Positions 28,317 through 38,695 of a DNA stretch of 64,000 nucleotides are shown here, piece by piece. The notes under the pieces were generated by a model that worked only from the letters and a program-made list of their open reading frames with translations, was not told the DNA's origin and ran no database searches. A program made the position numbers and the translations under genes. Source of the stretch: a bacterium (GTDB taxonomy: Bacteria > Chlamydiota > Chlamydiia > Chlamydiales > 2-12-FULL-49-11); contig JAJZEO010000132.1 of the NCBI GenBank assembly GCA_021847505.1, positions 815 to 64,814 of the forward strand, given 5' to 3'. Numbering within the stretch: position 1 is the first letter of the stretch; every line of letters starts with the position of its first letter.

Positions 28317-29032
28317 TGAAAAAAAGACTCCTAGCGTCTGCTCTCGTTGTAGCCGCCCTCTCTCTCGAAGCAAGTTATTCTGTTGAACACTACAATTTTG
28401 ACAATCATTTGGTGCATGTAGTCACCTTCGATCCTCAAGAATATGCAGTAAAGCTTGTGGATGGGGAAGGACTAGAAAAACTTGAATCAATGGCCCAGCG
28501 ATCAGAAGCACTCGTTGCACTTAGTGGAGGCTTTTATCAATCTGATGGCTCTCCCTCTGGAGTATTTTATTCGGAAGAGACCAAAGACATCACTAGACCA
28601 TGGAAATTGCGCGGAGCTATTGCTTGGGATGAGGATTTTAATGTAAAATTTGGCCGCACCATTGCTATCACAGAAGATTGGCAAGGCTATTCTTATGTGC
28701 TCGGAGGAGCCCCGCTTTTACTTTTGAATGGGGAGATACAAGATTTTAACGTGGAAGAAACGCGCGAAAACTTTCTCACATTCCACCGCGCTAGAACTGC
28801 TATTGGTATGACTGAAGACGGACTTGTTGTCTTAGCGATGGCGCATGGAATGGATTCCAACGCTGTTGGATTCACTGTCTATGAGTGGGCTAGCTGGCTT
28901 AAAGAGCTCGGCGTTGTCAATGCTCTCAATCTTGTAGGGGGCGACTCTTCCGCTTTATTTGTCGAAGGGAAGCTTTTTGCAGAATGTGATAAAAAAATCG
29001 GCAATGCACTAGTTGTTGTAGAGAAACCGTAG
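28316..29032 (+). CDS. secreted phosphodiester glycosidase family protein (DUF2233/NAGPA-like)
   Basis: Signal peptide MKKRLLASALVVAALSLEA. LSGGFY, GGAPLLLLNG, HRARTAIG and ALNLVGGDSS blocks. Confidence 0.6.
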   Translation: MKKRLLASALVVAALSLEASYSVEHYNFDNHLVHVVTFDPQEYAVKLVDGEGLEKLESMAQRSEALVALSGGFYQSDGSPSGVFYSEETKDITRPWKLRGAIAWDEDFNVKFGRTIAITEDWQGYSYVLGGAPLLLLNGEIQDFNVEETRENFLTFHRARTAIGMTEDGLVVLAMAHGMDSNAVGFTVYEWASWLKELGVVNALNLVGGDSSALFVEGKLFAECDKKIGNALVVVEKP

Positions 29033-29052
29033 ATCAACTATAAAAAAAAATT

Positions 29053-30258
29053 ATGAGCAAATTTCATACCATCGTCGATCTTGATCTTAGAGGAAAGCGA
29101 GTACTTTTGCGCGTAGACTTTGACGTGCCCTGCAATGATGCAGGTGAAATTACTGATGATTCTCGCATCCGCGGCGCTATCCCCACGATCCAGTATATCA
29201 TCGACCAGGGAGGAAAAGCAGTTCTTCTAGCTCATCGGGGGCGTCCCGACGGTCAAAAATCCGAGAATCTCTCCCTGGCGCCCATTGCACAGAGGCTTTC
29301 GCAACTGTTGAAGAAGAATGTTGCCTTTGCTCCTGATTGCATAGGCGATGCTGTAGAGAAAATGACGACCCGCATGCAAAATGGGGATGTCCTTCTCCTT
29401 GAGAATGTAAGATTTCATCTTGAAGAAACCGAAGAAAACGGAAGGGAAGCCTTTGTAAAAGAGCTGGCAAAAATGGGCGATTTGTATGTCAATGATGCCT
29501 TTGCCACCGCTCATCGCAAACATGCTTCTACCTACGATTTGGCCAAAGAATTTGATTCTCCTGCCGCGGGACTTTTGATGGAAAAAGAGGTCTTAATTTT
29601 AACAAACCTTCTCACACAAGCTCCCTCTCCTTTTTATGCCATCATTGGAGGCAGTAAAATTTCCTCCAAGATCGGCGTTTTAGAAGCACTTTTCTCTCGG
29701 ATCGATGGTCTTTTCATCGGGGGCGCCATGATTTATACCTTCATGAAGGCTCTTGATCTGGAAATTGGCAATTCTCTCTTAGATGAAGAACATGTTGATA
29801 CAGCAAAATATTTGATGAAAAAAATGCGTTCGAAAGGGATAGAATTTTTCCTTCCCAAAGACCTTTTAATCGCTAATGCGGTCTCCAAAGATGCTGAAAC
29901 ACGCGTTGTTTCCCTTGAAGAAGGAATAGAAGAAGGATGGATTGGCGTGGACATAGGTCCGGAGACTATTAAAGCGTGGAAAGACCCCCTCGATCATGCT
30001 GGAACGGTTTTTTGGAATGGTCCTATGGGCGTTTTCGAAATTCCCCTTTTCGCCAATGGAACGCTAGAGATCGCTAAAATATTAGCTGATTCCAATGCCA
30101 TGTCGATCGTCGGCGGTGGCGACTCAGCCGCTGCTGTCCGCCAATCAGGCGTTCATCAAAAAATTACTCGTATCTCTACTGGCGGAGGTGCGACTCTTGA
30201 ATTTATTGAAATGGGTTCTTTGCCCTGTCTTGAGATCCTCCAATACGTTGAAACCTAG
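29053..30258 (+). CDS. pgk: phosphoglycerate kinase
   Basis: RVDFDVP, SRIRGAIPTI, LLENVRFH and ISTGGGATLEF are canonical Pgk motifs. Confidence 0.95.
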   Translation: MSKFHTIVDLDLRGKRVLLRVDFDVPCNDAGEITDDSRIRGAIPTIQYIIDQGGKAVLLAHRGRPDGQKSENLSLAPIAQRLSQLLKKNVAFAPDCIGDAVEKMTTRMQNGDVLLLENVRFHLEETEENGREAFVKELAKMGDLYVNDAFATAHRKHASTYDLAKEFDSPAAGLLMEKEVLILTNLLTQAPSPFYAIIGGSKISSKIGVLEALFSRIDGLFIGGAMIYTFMKALDLEIGNSLLDEEHVDTAKYLMKKMRSKGIEFFLPKDLLIANAVSKDAETRVVSLEEGIEEGWIGVDIGPETIKAWKDPLDHAGTVFWNGPMGVFEIPLFANGTLEIAKILADSNAMSIVGGGDSAAAVRQSGVHQKITRISTGGGATLEFIEMGSLPCLEILQYVET

Positions 30259-30329
30259 ATTTCCGTACGCCAAAACCTAGATTCCCATTGTAAAATATGC
30301 CAGATCTCATATAATGATGGTGAAAATTC

Positions 30330-30358
30330 GACCTTCCGTTTGTATAATAAGGAAGGTC
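30330..30358 (+). terminator. hairpin downstream of pgk (gaccttcc N13 ggaaggtc)
   Basis: 8-bp perfect stem seen in the sequence. No U-tract follows, so terminator function is uncertain. Confidence 0.25.
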
Positions 30359-30505
30359 ACTTATAAGGAGCAATCAAAGCCTAACCATTGGGCCAGTTGA
30401 ATTTCTCAATTTTCGATCCCTTGAACAACAGTTCCCAAAGATCTGAAGTAGTCCGTAACGTAAATTTTATTTTGTTTTCATCAAAATTAAACTTGAGAGT
30501 ACCAC

Positions 30506-32083
30506 ATGACTGCCTCAACTAAGGCACCTAACTGGGGTTCCTTGCGAAAACTTTTTTGGCCTATCCACCGAAATGAGTACCGCAAATTCATTCCAATGTT
30601 GTTAATTTACTCTTTAATTGTCTTCAACTATTCGATATTGAAAGCAGCTAAAGATGCCTTGTTGATTACAGCCCCGGGTTCAGGAGCCAACGCCATCCCC
30701 TACATCAAAGTATGGGCGATTTTTCCGATGGCCCTCTTGAGTACTTTGATCTTCACGAGGTTGTCGAATAAATATTCTAGAGACCAGGTCTTCAATATTA
30801 TGATGGTAGGTTTTTTAGGATTTTTCTTCCTCTTTGGGTTTATCCTCTACCCTATGCGCGAGATCCTACACCCCCATGTTCTGGCCGACCAACTTCAACA
30901 TCACCTTCCTGAGGGGCTCCACGGCCTCATTGCAATTTTCCGCAACTGGACCTTTACGATGTTCTACGTCATGTGCGAATTGTGGGGCACCATCATCATG
31001 ACGGTATTATTTTGGGGATTTGCCAATGAAGTGACCTCTGTCAACGAAGCCAAACGCTTTTATGCTATTCTAGGCGTAGGGGCGAATTTGGGAACCATCT
31101 TTGCCGCAAGAGTCGGGATTTTTCTCTCCGGTGAATACCTTTTTAGCCGATTTTCTTTTGGAAGTGACCGATGGGAACAAAGCTTAATGCTTACCACTAC
31201 CATGATTCTTATTGCAGGACTCACAGCAATGTGGCTCTATCGAAAATTATCAACGAATGTCCAACATCGCGAAGCCTTTGCAGAACCTGGGCCGCAGTCG
31301 AATGAGCCTGAAGTTATCAAAATGGGTCTTCGAAAGAATTTCGCCTACCTTGCTAAATCAAAATATCTCCTTTGCATCGCCGTTATCGTCATTACCTACA
31401 ACCTCTGCCTCAACATGATCGAAGTGGTATGGAAAGACCAAGTTCACCAAATATACCACTATGCAGCCGACTATAACATCTACATGAACAAAGTCTTGGG
31501 ATATATCGGGATCCTTTCAACGATTTTTGCCGTCTTCATCTGCGGACAAGTCATTCGTCGTTTTGGTTGGACAAAAAGCGCCTACTTAACCCCCATTGTG
31601 ATGCTTCTCACAGGTGGTTGTTTCTTTATGTTAACGATCTTCAGAGAGATAGGGTTCATCGGCTCGATCTCAGCGCTACTCGGCACGACACCCATCATTC
31701 TTGCCACTTTTTTTGGATCGATGCAAAACTGTTTTGCAAGAGCGAGCAAGTTTACCTTCTTTGATGTAACTAAAGAAATGGCGTTCATCCCTTTAAGCAA
31801 AGAATGCAAATTGAAAGGAAAGGCAGCGATCGACGGCGTCGGCTCCCGATTGGGAAAATCTGGCGGTTCTCTGGTCTATCAATGTCTCTTGATTTTCTTT
31901 GGAACGATCAGCTTATCCACCCCTTACGTTGCAGGAATCTTCCTCTTTGTGATTGTAGCTTGGCTATTGGCTGTCAAATCGTTAGGAAAGCAATTTAATG
32001 AACTCTCCGCAAGTAAGGAAAAGCTCACTATCCCTGATAAGAAAGAAAGCCCCCGACTGAAGGAAAACCCCGCCTTAAGTTAA
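30506..32083 (+). CDS. ADP/ATP (nucleotide) translocase, Ntt/Tlc family
   Basis: LRKLFWPIHRNEYRKFIPMLLIYSLIVFNYSILKAAKDALLIT and WGFANEVTSVNEAKRFYAI are hallmark Tlc/Ntt blocks. 12-TM-like profile. Confidence 0.9.
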   Translation: MTASTKAPNWGSLRKLFWPIHRNEYRKFIPMLLIYSLIVFNYSILKAAKDALLITAPGSGANAIPYIKVWAIFPMALLSTLIFTRLSNKYSRDQVFNIMMVGFLGFFFLFGFILYPMREILHPHVLADQLQHHLPEGLHGLIAIFRNWTFTMFYVMCELWGTIIMTVLFWGFANEVTSVNEAKRFYAILGVGANLGTIFAARVGIFLSGEYLFSRFSFGSDRWEQSLMLTTTMILIAGLTAMWLYRKLSTNVQHREAFAEPGPQSNEPEVIKMGLRKNFAYLAKSKYLLCIAVIVITYNLCLNMIEVVWKDQVHQIYHYAADYNIYMNKVLGYIGILSTIFAVFICGQVIRRFGWTKSAYLTPIVMLLTGGCFFMLTIFREIGFIGSISALLGTTPIILATFFGSMQNCFARASKFTFFDVTKEMAFIPLSKECKLKGKAAIDGVGSRLGKSGGSLVYQCLLIFFGTISLSTPYVAGIFLFVIVAWLLAVKSLGKQFNELSASKEKLTIPDKKESPRLKENPALS

Positions 32084-32224
32084 TCTTATTGCAAACTTAT
32101 CCTATTGCACTTACACAAGCTGATAGCTTTCCTCACACTCCAAAAAATGGCTACTATAATTCTCAAAGACTATAATTCTGATTTTTTGTTATAAAGTAGG
32201 AAAAGAGCGAAGAGTGTAAGGCGA

Positions 32225-32734
32225 ATGTTTACTTTTTCCAATATCTTATCCCTTTTAAGAGGACCGCTAGCCCTTTTGTACGCCATAGGACGGCCTGATG
32301 TTCGCATTGCTGTAGTTTTAGGAGCCGCTCTCACCGATGTCGTTGATGGTTATCTAGCTAGACGCTACAAAGTCACCACCAAAGTGGGGGCCATCCTCGA
32401 TCCAGTTATGGATAAGTTCTTCGTCTTCTTCATACTAGGAATATTATTTTCCGAAGGCCGCATTCTTGATTGGCAAGTGATCGCCATGCTTTCGCGAGAC
32501 ATTGCCATCGCTTTTTTTGGTGGGCTTCTTTTTTTCTTAGGAAGATTAAAAGACTATCACTACCAATCAGTTTACGCAGGCAAATTGATGACAGCGATGC
32601 AGTTTTGCGTCATCTTCGCCTTATCGATGCACTATACTTTGCCAAGCATTGTTTATGTCACCTTCTTTATGCTAGGGCCGATCGTCCTCTTCGAATTGTT
32701 TTTCACCTTGAAAACGAAACCTGAAAAGGGTTAA
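32225..32734 (+). CDS. CDP-alcohol phosphatidyltransferase (PgsA-like)
   Basis: DVVDGYLARRYKVTTKVGAILDPVMDKF fits D(x2)DG(x2)AR(x8)G(x3)D(x3)D. Confidence 0.8.
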   Translation: MFTFSNILSLLRGPLALLYAIGRPDVRIAVVLGAALTDVVDGYLARRYKVTTKVGAILDPVMDKFFVFFILGILFSEGRILDWQVIAMLSRDIAIAFFGGLLFFLGRLKDYHYQSVYAGKLMTAMQFCVIFALSMHYTLPSIVYVTFFMLGPIVLFELFFTLKTKPEKG

Positions 32735-32796
32735 AATTCGCTTTTAACCTAACCATTGGGCAAGCCCCACGGTTTAAACCACTATAAGGAAAACTC

Positions 32797-33885
32797 ATGG
32801 AGATCGTTAAAGAATCGATTTTTGTTTCTGCAATCCGTTCATTTTTCAATGCTTTTCTGGCAATGATTGGCATAGAAATCGGCCTTATTGTCTTGTTTTT
32901 TATCATCATGGGATTTTCGGGAGGAACGCCCACGACTGCGCCCAACGAAAATTTCGTCATGGAACTCCTTCCTGATAGTGAGGGGAACTCCAGTTTGCTC
33001 GATGAGTCCGCTCCTGTCCTATTACAAGTCGATGTTGATGGTATCATCGGCCTTGATGATACCACTAGCGACATATTCGAAACCGGACTACGACTTTCAC
33101 AACATACTCCTCTAATCAAGTCTGGAAGGATCAAAGGGGTTCTTCTGAACATCAATTCTCCTGGAGGAGTTACGACAGATTCTGATGAAATGTATAAAGC
33201 CGTATTGCGATACAAGGAGAAATATAAGGTTCCTGTCTATGTCTACTCATCAGGCCTTTGCGCTTCCGGCGGCTACTACATTGCTTGTGCGGGAGATAAA
33301 TTCTACGCATCTCCTACTACGCTGGTCGGTTCTGTCGGAGTCAAAATGGTGCCGTTCTTTAACTATTACGGATTAATGGAAAAATATGGAGTGAAGGCGG
33401 TTGAAATCTCAGAAGGAAAGTACAAAGTCAAGTACCCCTCCTTCACACAACCTGCACAAGATGCGAATGGAAAACCAGATGACGCCTCCTATGAAGACTT
33501 AATCGAAATCACGAAACAACTTTACGATCAATTTGTCACCCTTGTCGACGCCTCTAGAAATAAGGCTGGCTTAACCAAAGACAAATTAATCAATCAATAT
33601 GGAGCACAAGTTTATCTTGCGACTAAAGCTGCGGAATTGGGATATATCGATGTCGCCAATGTTTACCGTGAACAAGCTCTTACCGACCTTGCTGCTGTTA
33701 GTGGCATTGATGCGAATACAAAATACCAGGTGCTTCGCTTCAAACATAAGCGCTCACCTTTGCAAACACTCGTCATGAGTAGCTGTGATATGTGGACAAT
33801 GAAAGTTAAAGAATGGATCTATGGATTTAAACACGATGGAGTCTTCGAGGGAAAATTCCTCTATTACTGTGATTACGCAGACTAA
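32797..33885 (+). CDS. sppA: signal peptide peptidase SppA (S49 family)
   Basis: INSPGGV, ASGGYYIAC and GSVGV blocks, with an N-terminal TM segment. Confidence 0.8.
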   Translation: MEIVKESIFVSAIRSFFNAFLAMIGIEIGLIVLFFIIMGFSGGTPTTAPNENFVMELLPDSEGNSSLLDESAPVLLQVDVDGIIGLDDTTSDIFETGLRLSQHTPLIKSGRIKGVLLNINSPGGVTTDSDEMYKAVLRYKEKYKVPVYVYSSGLCASGGYYIACAGDKFYASPTTLVGSVGVKMVPFFNYYGLMEKYGVKAVEISEGKYKVKYPSFTQPAQDANGKPDDASYEDLIEITKQLYDQFVTLVDASRNKAGLTKDKLINQYGAQVYLATKAAELGYIDVANVYREQALTDLAAVSGIDANTKYQVLRFKHKRSPLQTLVMSSCDMWTMKVKEWIYGFKHDGVFEGKFLYYCDYAD

Positions 33886-33892
33886 TATTGAA

Positions 33893-36544
33893 ATGAAAGA
33901 AATTTTTGTGATTGATGCTACGGGGCTTCTTTTTCGTTCCTACTACGCCATCAGACAAATGACGAACAAAGAGGGCGTTTCAACAAACGGCCTCTTTGGT
34001 TTTATTCGCTCTCTTTTAAAGCTGAAGAAAGACTTTTCTCCTACTCATCTTGTTTGCGTTTTTGACGGTCCAAACAATAAGGCCTCGCGTGTCGAAATCT
34101 ATGCTGACTACAAAGGCCATCGTGAAGGAATGCCTGAGGATTTAGTCCCTCAGATTGACTTGGCAAAGAGATTTTGTAAAGCCCAAGGAATCCCCCAACT
34201 AGAAATCGATGGGGTAGAAGCCGACGATACGATGGGTGCCATCGCAAAATGGGCAGAAAGGAACACCGCCAAAGTGTTTCTATGCTCAAGTGATAAAGAT
34301 TTATGCCAGCTTATCAATGATCGGATCGTCATGTTGCAGCCCTATAACGACAACTTGATCATCGACACAAAGGGAGTCATTGAAAAATTTGGAGTTCGCC
34401 CTGATCAAATAGTCGACTACCTTGCCATTGTCGGCGATGCCTCAGACAACATCCCTGGAATTAAGGGATTCGGAGCAAAAACTGCTGCAGAACTCCTCTC
34501 TGAATTTGGAACCTTAGAAGAGATCCTCAACCATCCAGAAAAACAAAAGAGCCCTAAACGGGCAGAAAAGATCACCCAGGAACGAGACAATGCTCTATTG
34601 AGCAAACAACTTGCCACACTTGATATTCATGTTAAAATCCCCCAAGAGAGTGCCGCCTATTGCGTTGAACAGCCCAATATCGAAGAACTAAAATCTCTCT
34701 ATGAAGAGATGAATTTTAATACCCTTTTGTCTGAGCTTAAAGTGGCACCCGCTGCTCCGAAAAAATCCGATAATACACACTTTCGTCTTGTCAATTCCGA
34801 AGAAGAACTTGTGCGCGAATTAAAGAAGATCGACAGTGCTAAAGAAGTGAGTATCGATACAGAAACCACTTCGACAGACCCCATGAGTGCTAAACTGGTC
34901 GGAATTGGGTTCTGCGCCACTGTAGGCGATGCATTCTACGTACCTTTCAATGGAAATATAGATCCCAAGGTCATTCTCCAGCATGTCAAGCGTTTTACAG
35001 AGAGTAAAGATCGAAGTTACATCGGGCACAATATCAAGTATGATATGCACATCTTGAAAAGAAATGGGATTGAATTAAAGACGATCGGGTTTGATACCAT
35101 GATCGCTTCTTATACATTGAATGCGGGGGCTAACCGCCATAGCCTTGACCGTCTTGTGTTAGAAACTTTCGATCATAAGATGGTCACCTTCGATGAACTA
35201 ACCGGGAAAAAAACCTTAGAAGAGATCCCCCTTGAAGAGGTGGCCCAATATTGCTGTGAAGATGCCAGCTACACGCTTCGACTGAAAGACCATTTCGAAA
35301 AAGAGCTCAAGAAGAGAAATTTAACCACCCTTTTTTCCGAATTAGAAATGCCCCTCTTACCCATTTTATTTAAGATGGAACATGCGGGCATCTACGTCGA
35401 TGAAAAAGAACTCCACCTCCTCTCAAAAGAATTTCGGGTAAAAATTGACCATCTACAGGAGAAAATTTTTCAAATTGCAAAAGATACGTGCAATCTCAAC
35501 TCGCCCAAGCAATTGGGGGAATTGCTCTTCGTTAAGTTAGGGATTAAACCTGCAGGCAAAAAAACTAAGACAGGCTATTCAACAAGTGCCGAAGTGTTAG
35601 AGCAGCTCATTGGCCAGCACCCGATTATTGAACTTATACTCGCGTACAGAACCCTTGAAAAACTAAGATCAACCTACATCGACTCCCTGGGGACACAAAT
35701 CAATCCTGTTACCAGGAGGATCCATTCCTCTTTTAATCAATCAGTGACTGCAACAGGAAGACTTTCTTGCACCAACCCCAATCTTCAAAATATCCCCATT
35801 CGTTCTGAAGATGGAAAAAGAATCAGAAGCGCCTTTCGTCCTCAAAAAGACAATTGGAGCTTTGTTGCCGCCGACTATTCACAAATCGAACTTCGGATCC
35901 TAGCTCATCTCAGCGGCGATCCCAATTTAACCTTTGCCTTTAAACATGGAAAAGACATTCATACTACGACAGCAGCTCAAGTATTTGGGATCAAAGAAGA
36001 GGAAGTAACCTCCACAATGCGCCACCAAGCAAAAGCGGTCAATTTTGGCCTCATTTATGGCCAATCCTCCTTTGGTCTTTCTAAAGAACTTGGCATCAGT
36101 GTCTCGGATGCTTCTAAGTTCATCGAACGCTACTTTGCCCAATACCCCAGCGTCAAAGACTTTCTTGAATCTTGTAAGGAAAAGGCCCAGAAGGAGGGCA
36201 AAGCCACTTCCATGTTTGGAAGAGAGCGGCTTTTGCCTGAAATCAACAGCCGCAATGGGATGCTCAGGTCCCAGGCGCTACGATTTGCCGTCAACACCCC
36301 TATCCAAGGCACACAGGCCGACATAATCAAAAAAGCCATGATCGATATTGATCGTTATTATTTAAATCACAAGTCTCACGCCTTCTGTGTGTTGCAAATT
36401 CATGACGAATTAATTTTTGAATGTCCTGATGCTGAATTAGAACCTTTTTCAAAGAATATCGCCCATTTGATGGAAGAGACGATAAAGCTCTCGGTACCCC
36501 TTAAGGTCGATATTTCAATTGGAAAAAATTGGGGAGAGTGTTAA
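33893..36544 (+). CDS. polA: DNA polymerase I
   Basis: 5' nuclease N-terminus (FVIDATGLLFRSYYA, GDASDNIPGIKGFG), 3'-5' exonuclease-like region (SIDTETT), and polymerase motifs DYSQIELRILAHLS, RHQAKAVNFGLIYG, QIHDELIFE. ATG 33893 follows the sppA stop. Confidence 0.95.
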   Translation: MKEIFVIDATGLLFRSYYAIRQMTNKEGVSTNGLFGFIRSLLKLKKDFSPTHLVCVFDGPNNKASRVEIYADYKGHREGMPEDLVPQIDLAKRFCKAQGIPQLEIDGVEADDTMGAIAKWAERNTAKVFLCSSDKDLCQLINDRIVMLQPYNDNLIIDTKGVIEKFGVRPDQIVDYLAIVGDASDNIPGIKGFGAKTAAELLSEFGTLEEILNHPEKQKSPKRAEKITQERDNALLSKQLATLDIHVKIPQESAAYCVEQPNIEELKSLYEEMNFNTLLSELKVAPAAPKKSDNTHFRLVNSEEELVRELKKIDSAKEVSIDTETTSTDPMSAKLVGIGFCATVGDAFYVPFNGNIDPKVILQHVKRFTESKDRSYIGHNIKYDMHILKRNGIELKTIGFDTMIASYTLNAGANRHSLDRLVLETFDHKMVTFDELTGKKTLEEIPLEEVAQYCCEDASYTLRLKDHFEKELKKRNLTTLFSELEMPLLPILFKMEHAGIYVDEKELHLLSKEFRVKIDHLQEKIFQIAKDTCNLNSPKQLGELLFVKLGIKPAGKKTKTGYSTSAEVLEQLIGQHPIIELILAYRTLEKLRSTYIDSLGTQINPVTRRIHSSFNQSVTATGRLSCTNPNLQNIPIRSEDGKRIRSAFRPQKDNWSFVAADYSQIELRILAHLSGDPNLTFAFKHGKDIHTTTAAQVFGIKEEEVTSTMRHQAKAVNFGLIYGQSSFGLSKELGISVSDASKFIERYFAQYPSVKDFLESCKEKAQKEGKATSMFGRERLLPEINSRNGMLRSQALRFAVNTPIQGTQADIIKKAMIDIDRYYLNHKSHAFCVLQIHDELIFECPDAELEPFSKNIAHLMEETIKLSVPLKVDISIGKNWGEC

Positions 36545-37118
36545 GATTAGGAAAATTGCAATAACCGGAATCGCAGCTTCTGGTAAGAGCGCCGTCTGTG
36601 ATATTCTAAAAGAAATGGGCGCTTATGTCATCAATAGCGACGAGGTTGTTCACAAGCTCTATTCCCAAAACAAGGACGTTCAAAAGAAAGTAGTCGGAGA
36701 ATTTGGTGAAAAAATCACTTCCCAAGGCAAGATTGATCGAGAAAAATTGGGAATCCTCGTATTTCAAGATAAAGAGGCATTGAAACGACTCGAAAACATT
36801 GTTCACCCCTACGTAATAAAAACCATAGAAGAGACCTATAATTTAGTGAAAGATCAACAATATTCCGCCTTTGTCGTCGAGATCCCCTTACTCTTTGAAA
36901 TGGGCTTCGAAGGTTGGTTCGACGAGAACGTCACTATTACATCCCCAGAAGAAGAGTGCCGATTCAGATTCGAAGAAAAATTCGGCAAAGGATCCTTTGA
37001 TAGGCGCATGTCACATCAATTGCCGCAACGGGAGAAAGCCCGTTTAGCTGATCTCATTATCGAAAATAACGGATCCTTAGAAGATCTTAAACGGCAAGCA
37101 CCACAATGTTTAGTCTAG
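36519..37118 (+). CDS. coaE: dephospho-CoA kinase
   Basis: IAITGIAASGKSAV (P-loop) with typical CoaE length. The TTG start overlaps the polA end and no closer ATG/GTG/TTG is available. Confidence 0.8.
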   Translation: MEKIGESVKIRKIAITGIAASGKSAVCDILKEMGAYVINSDEVVHKLYSQNKDVQKKVVGEFGEKITSQGKIDREKLGILVFQDKEALKRLENIVHPYVIKTIEETYNLVKDQQYSAFVVEIPLLFEMGFEGWFDENVTITSPEEECRFRFEEKFGKGSFDRRMSHQLPQREKARLADLIIENNGSLEDLKRQAPQCLV

Positions 37119-37124
37119 GACCAT

Positions 37125-38678
37125 ATGGATAAAGAAGAAGAAAAAAAACCCAACAATTCAAACCAAGAGAACCAAATGTCTTTTAGCCACACAGAAGATA
37201 AACCACAATCACACTCACAACCGAAACCTCAAGGTAAGCCACGAAGAGGCAACCATCCTTCCGGCAGAAGACCAAGATCTAACGATCAGGGCTCCTATCA
37301 AGACCATTCCCATCGTCGCCCTATGCCTAACGACCATGCCGCTCACCAAGAGCACCAAGCCAAGAGCATGAATATGCAACAGTATGATGAGACTCCTATC
37401 GAAAGACCTCCAGGACCTCTTTCAATTACAAAGATTGCTGATCTTCAGCGCATGGGCGCGGAGGAATTGACAAGATATGCCCATGCAATGAATATCATGA
37501 ACCTCGGTTCATTATCTAAATCCCAAATTGTCTTTGAAATCGTTAAACTCAAATCTGCAAGCCCTCACGAAGTCCTCGTAGGAGAAGGTACACTAGAAGT
37601 TCTTCCCGATGGATTTGGATTTTTGCGCTCCGGCAACTACAACTACCTCCCTTCTGCCGAAGACATCTATGTTTCCCCCGCACAAATTCGAAGATTTGGA
37701 TTGAAAAAGGGAGATGAAGTTTACGGAGAAATCCGTTCCCCTAAAGAAAAAGAAAAATATTTTGCCCTCCTCAAAGTCGAAAAAGTCAACGGCGTACCTC
37801 CAGAACAACTCAGAGAAAGAATTTCATTTGAAAACTTTACTCCCCTGCATCCTGATAAGCGCATTTTAATGGAAGGCGCTCAAGATGATTATTCAACTAG
37901 GGTTCTTGATTTAGCTGCTCCTATTGGCTTTGGTCAGCGAGCCTTGATTGTAGCGCCCCCGAAAGCAGGAAAAACGATCCTTTTGCAAAAAATCGCCAAT
38001 GCCATCGCTAGAAACGCACCAAAAGCCAGATTAATCATGCTTCTGATCGATGAAAGACCAGAAGAAGTGACAGACATGCAACGTATCGTGAAAGGTGAGG
38101 TTCTCTCCTCGACTTTTGACGAACCGCCTGAACGACACTGTCAAGTGGCTGAAATGGCTTGTGAAAAGGCAAAACGAATGGTTGAGCTCGGCGAAGATGT
38201 GATCATCATCCTCGATTCGCTCACAAGACTTGCCCGCGCTTATAACACTGTTCAGCCCCACTCAGGAAGAATCTTAACAGGGGGTGTCGATGCTAACGCT
38301 CTACACAAGCCAAAAAGATTCTTCGGAGCTGCCCGTAACCTTGAACACGGTGGTTCTCTCACCATTATCGCTTCCGCTTTGATCGACACCGGCTCGAAGA
38401 TGGATGAGGTGATCTATGAGGAGTTCAAGGGAACCGGTAACATGGAATTGGTTCTTGATCGAAGACTTGCCGATAGACGCGTCTTTCCTGCCATCGATTT
38501 GATCAAGTCTGGAACAAGAAAAGAAGAACTTCTCTACCATGAAGCAGAGCTTGAAAAAGTTTATCTCTTGAGACAGGCGATCGCTGATTTAGCCCCTCTC
38601 GATGCGATGAATCTACTTCTTGCTCGACTAAAGAAGACAAATAGTAACACAGAATTCTTGCTCTCCATGAAAGATTAA
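37125..38678 (+). CDS. rho: transcription termination factor Rho with a ~95-aa low-complexity N-terminal extension
   Basis: [14 protein letters not shown] (Walker A) and [15 protein letters not shown] are canonical Rho. The first ~95 aa are rich in H/P/Q/N/R/S. Confidence 0.95.
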   Translation: MDKEEEKKPNNSNQENQMSFSHTEDKPQSHSQPKPQGKPRRGNHPSGRRPRSNDQGSYQDHSHRRPMPNDHAAHQEHQAKSMNMQQYDETPIERPPGPLSITKIADLQRMGAEELTRYAHAMNIMNLGSLSKSQIVFEIVKLKSASPHEVLVGEGTLEVLPDGFGFLRSGNYNYLPSAEDIYVSPAQIRRFGLKKGDEVYGEIRSPKEKEKYFALLKVEKVNGVPPEQLRERISFENFTPLHPDKRILMEGAQDDYSTRVLDLAAPIGFGQRALIVAPPKAGKTILLQKIANAIARNAPKARLIMLLIDERPEEVTDMQRIVKGEVLSSTFDEPPERHCQVAEMACEKAKRMVELGEDVIIILDSLTRLARAYNTVQPHSGRILTGGVDANALHKPKRFFGAARNLEHGGSLTIIASALIDTGSKMDEVIYEEFKGTGNMELVLDRRLADRRVFPAIDLIKSGTRKEELLYHEAELEKVYLLRQAIADLAPLDAMNLLLARLKKTNSNTEFLLSMKD

Positions 38679-38695
38679 GCCAAAGGGTTCACGAA

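Noticed and set aside
30259-30505. 247-bp leader upstream of the nucleotide translocase as a possible riboswitch or sRNA
   Set aside because: Apart from one 8-bp hairpin and an 11-nt direct repeat (aacctagattc), I see no conserved-looking structure. It cannot be supported without covariance data.
32140-32185. Duplicated actataattct motif (two TATAAT-like boxes) upstream of the pgsA-like gene
   Set aside because: It could be a promoter -10 duplication. AT-rich 11-mers repeating once in an intergenic region are weak evidence, and I cannot place a convincing -35.
32703-33215. 170-aa minus-strand ORF
   Set aside because: It overlaps the pgsA-like 3' end and is antisense to the motif-supported sppA gene. 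It has no motifs of its own.
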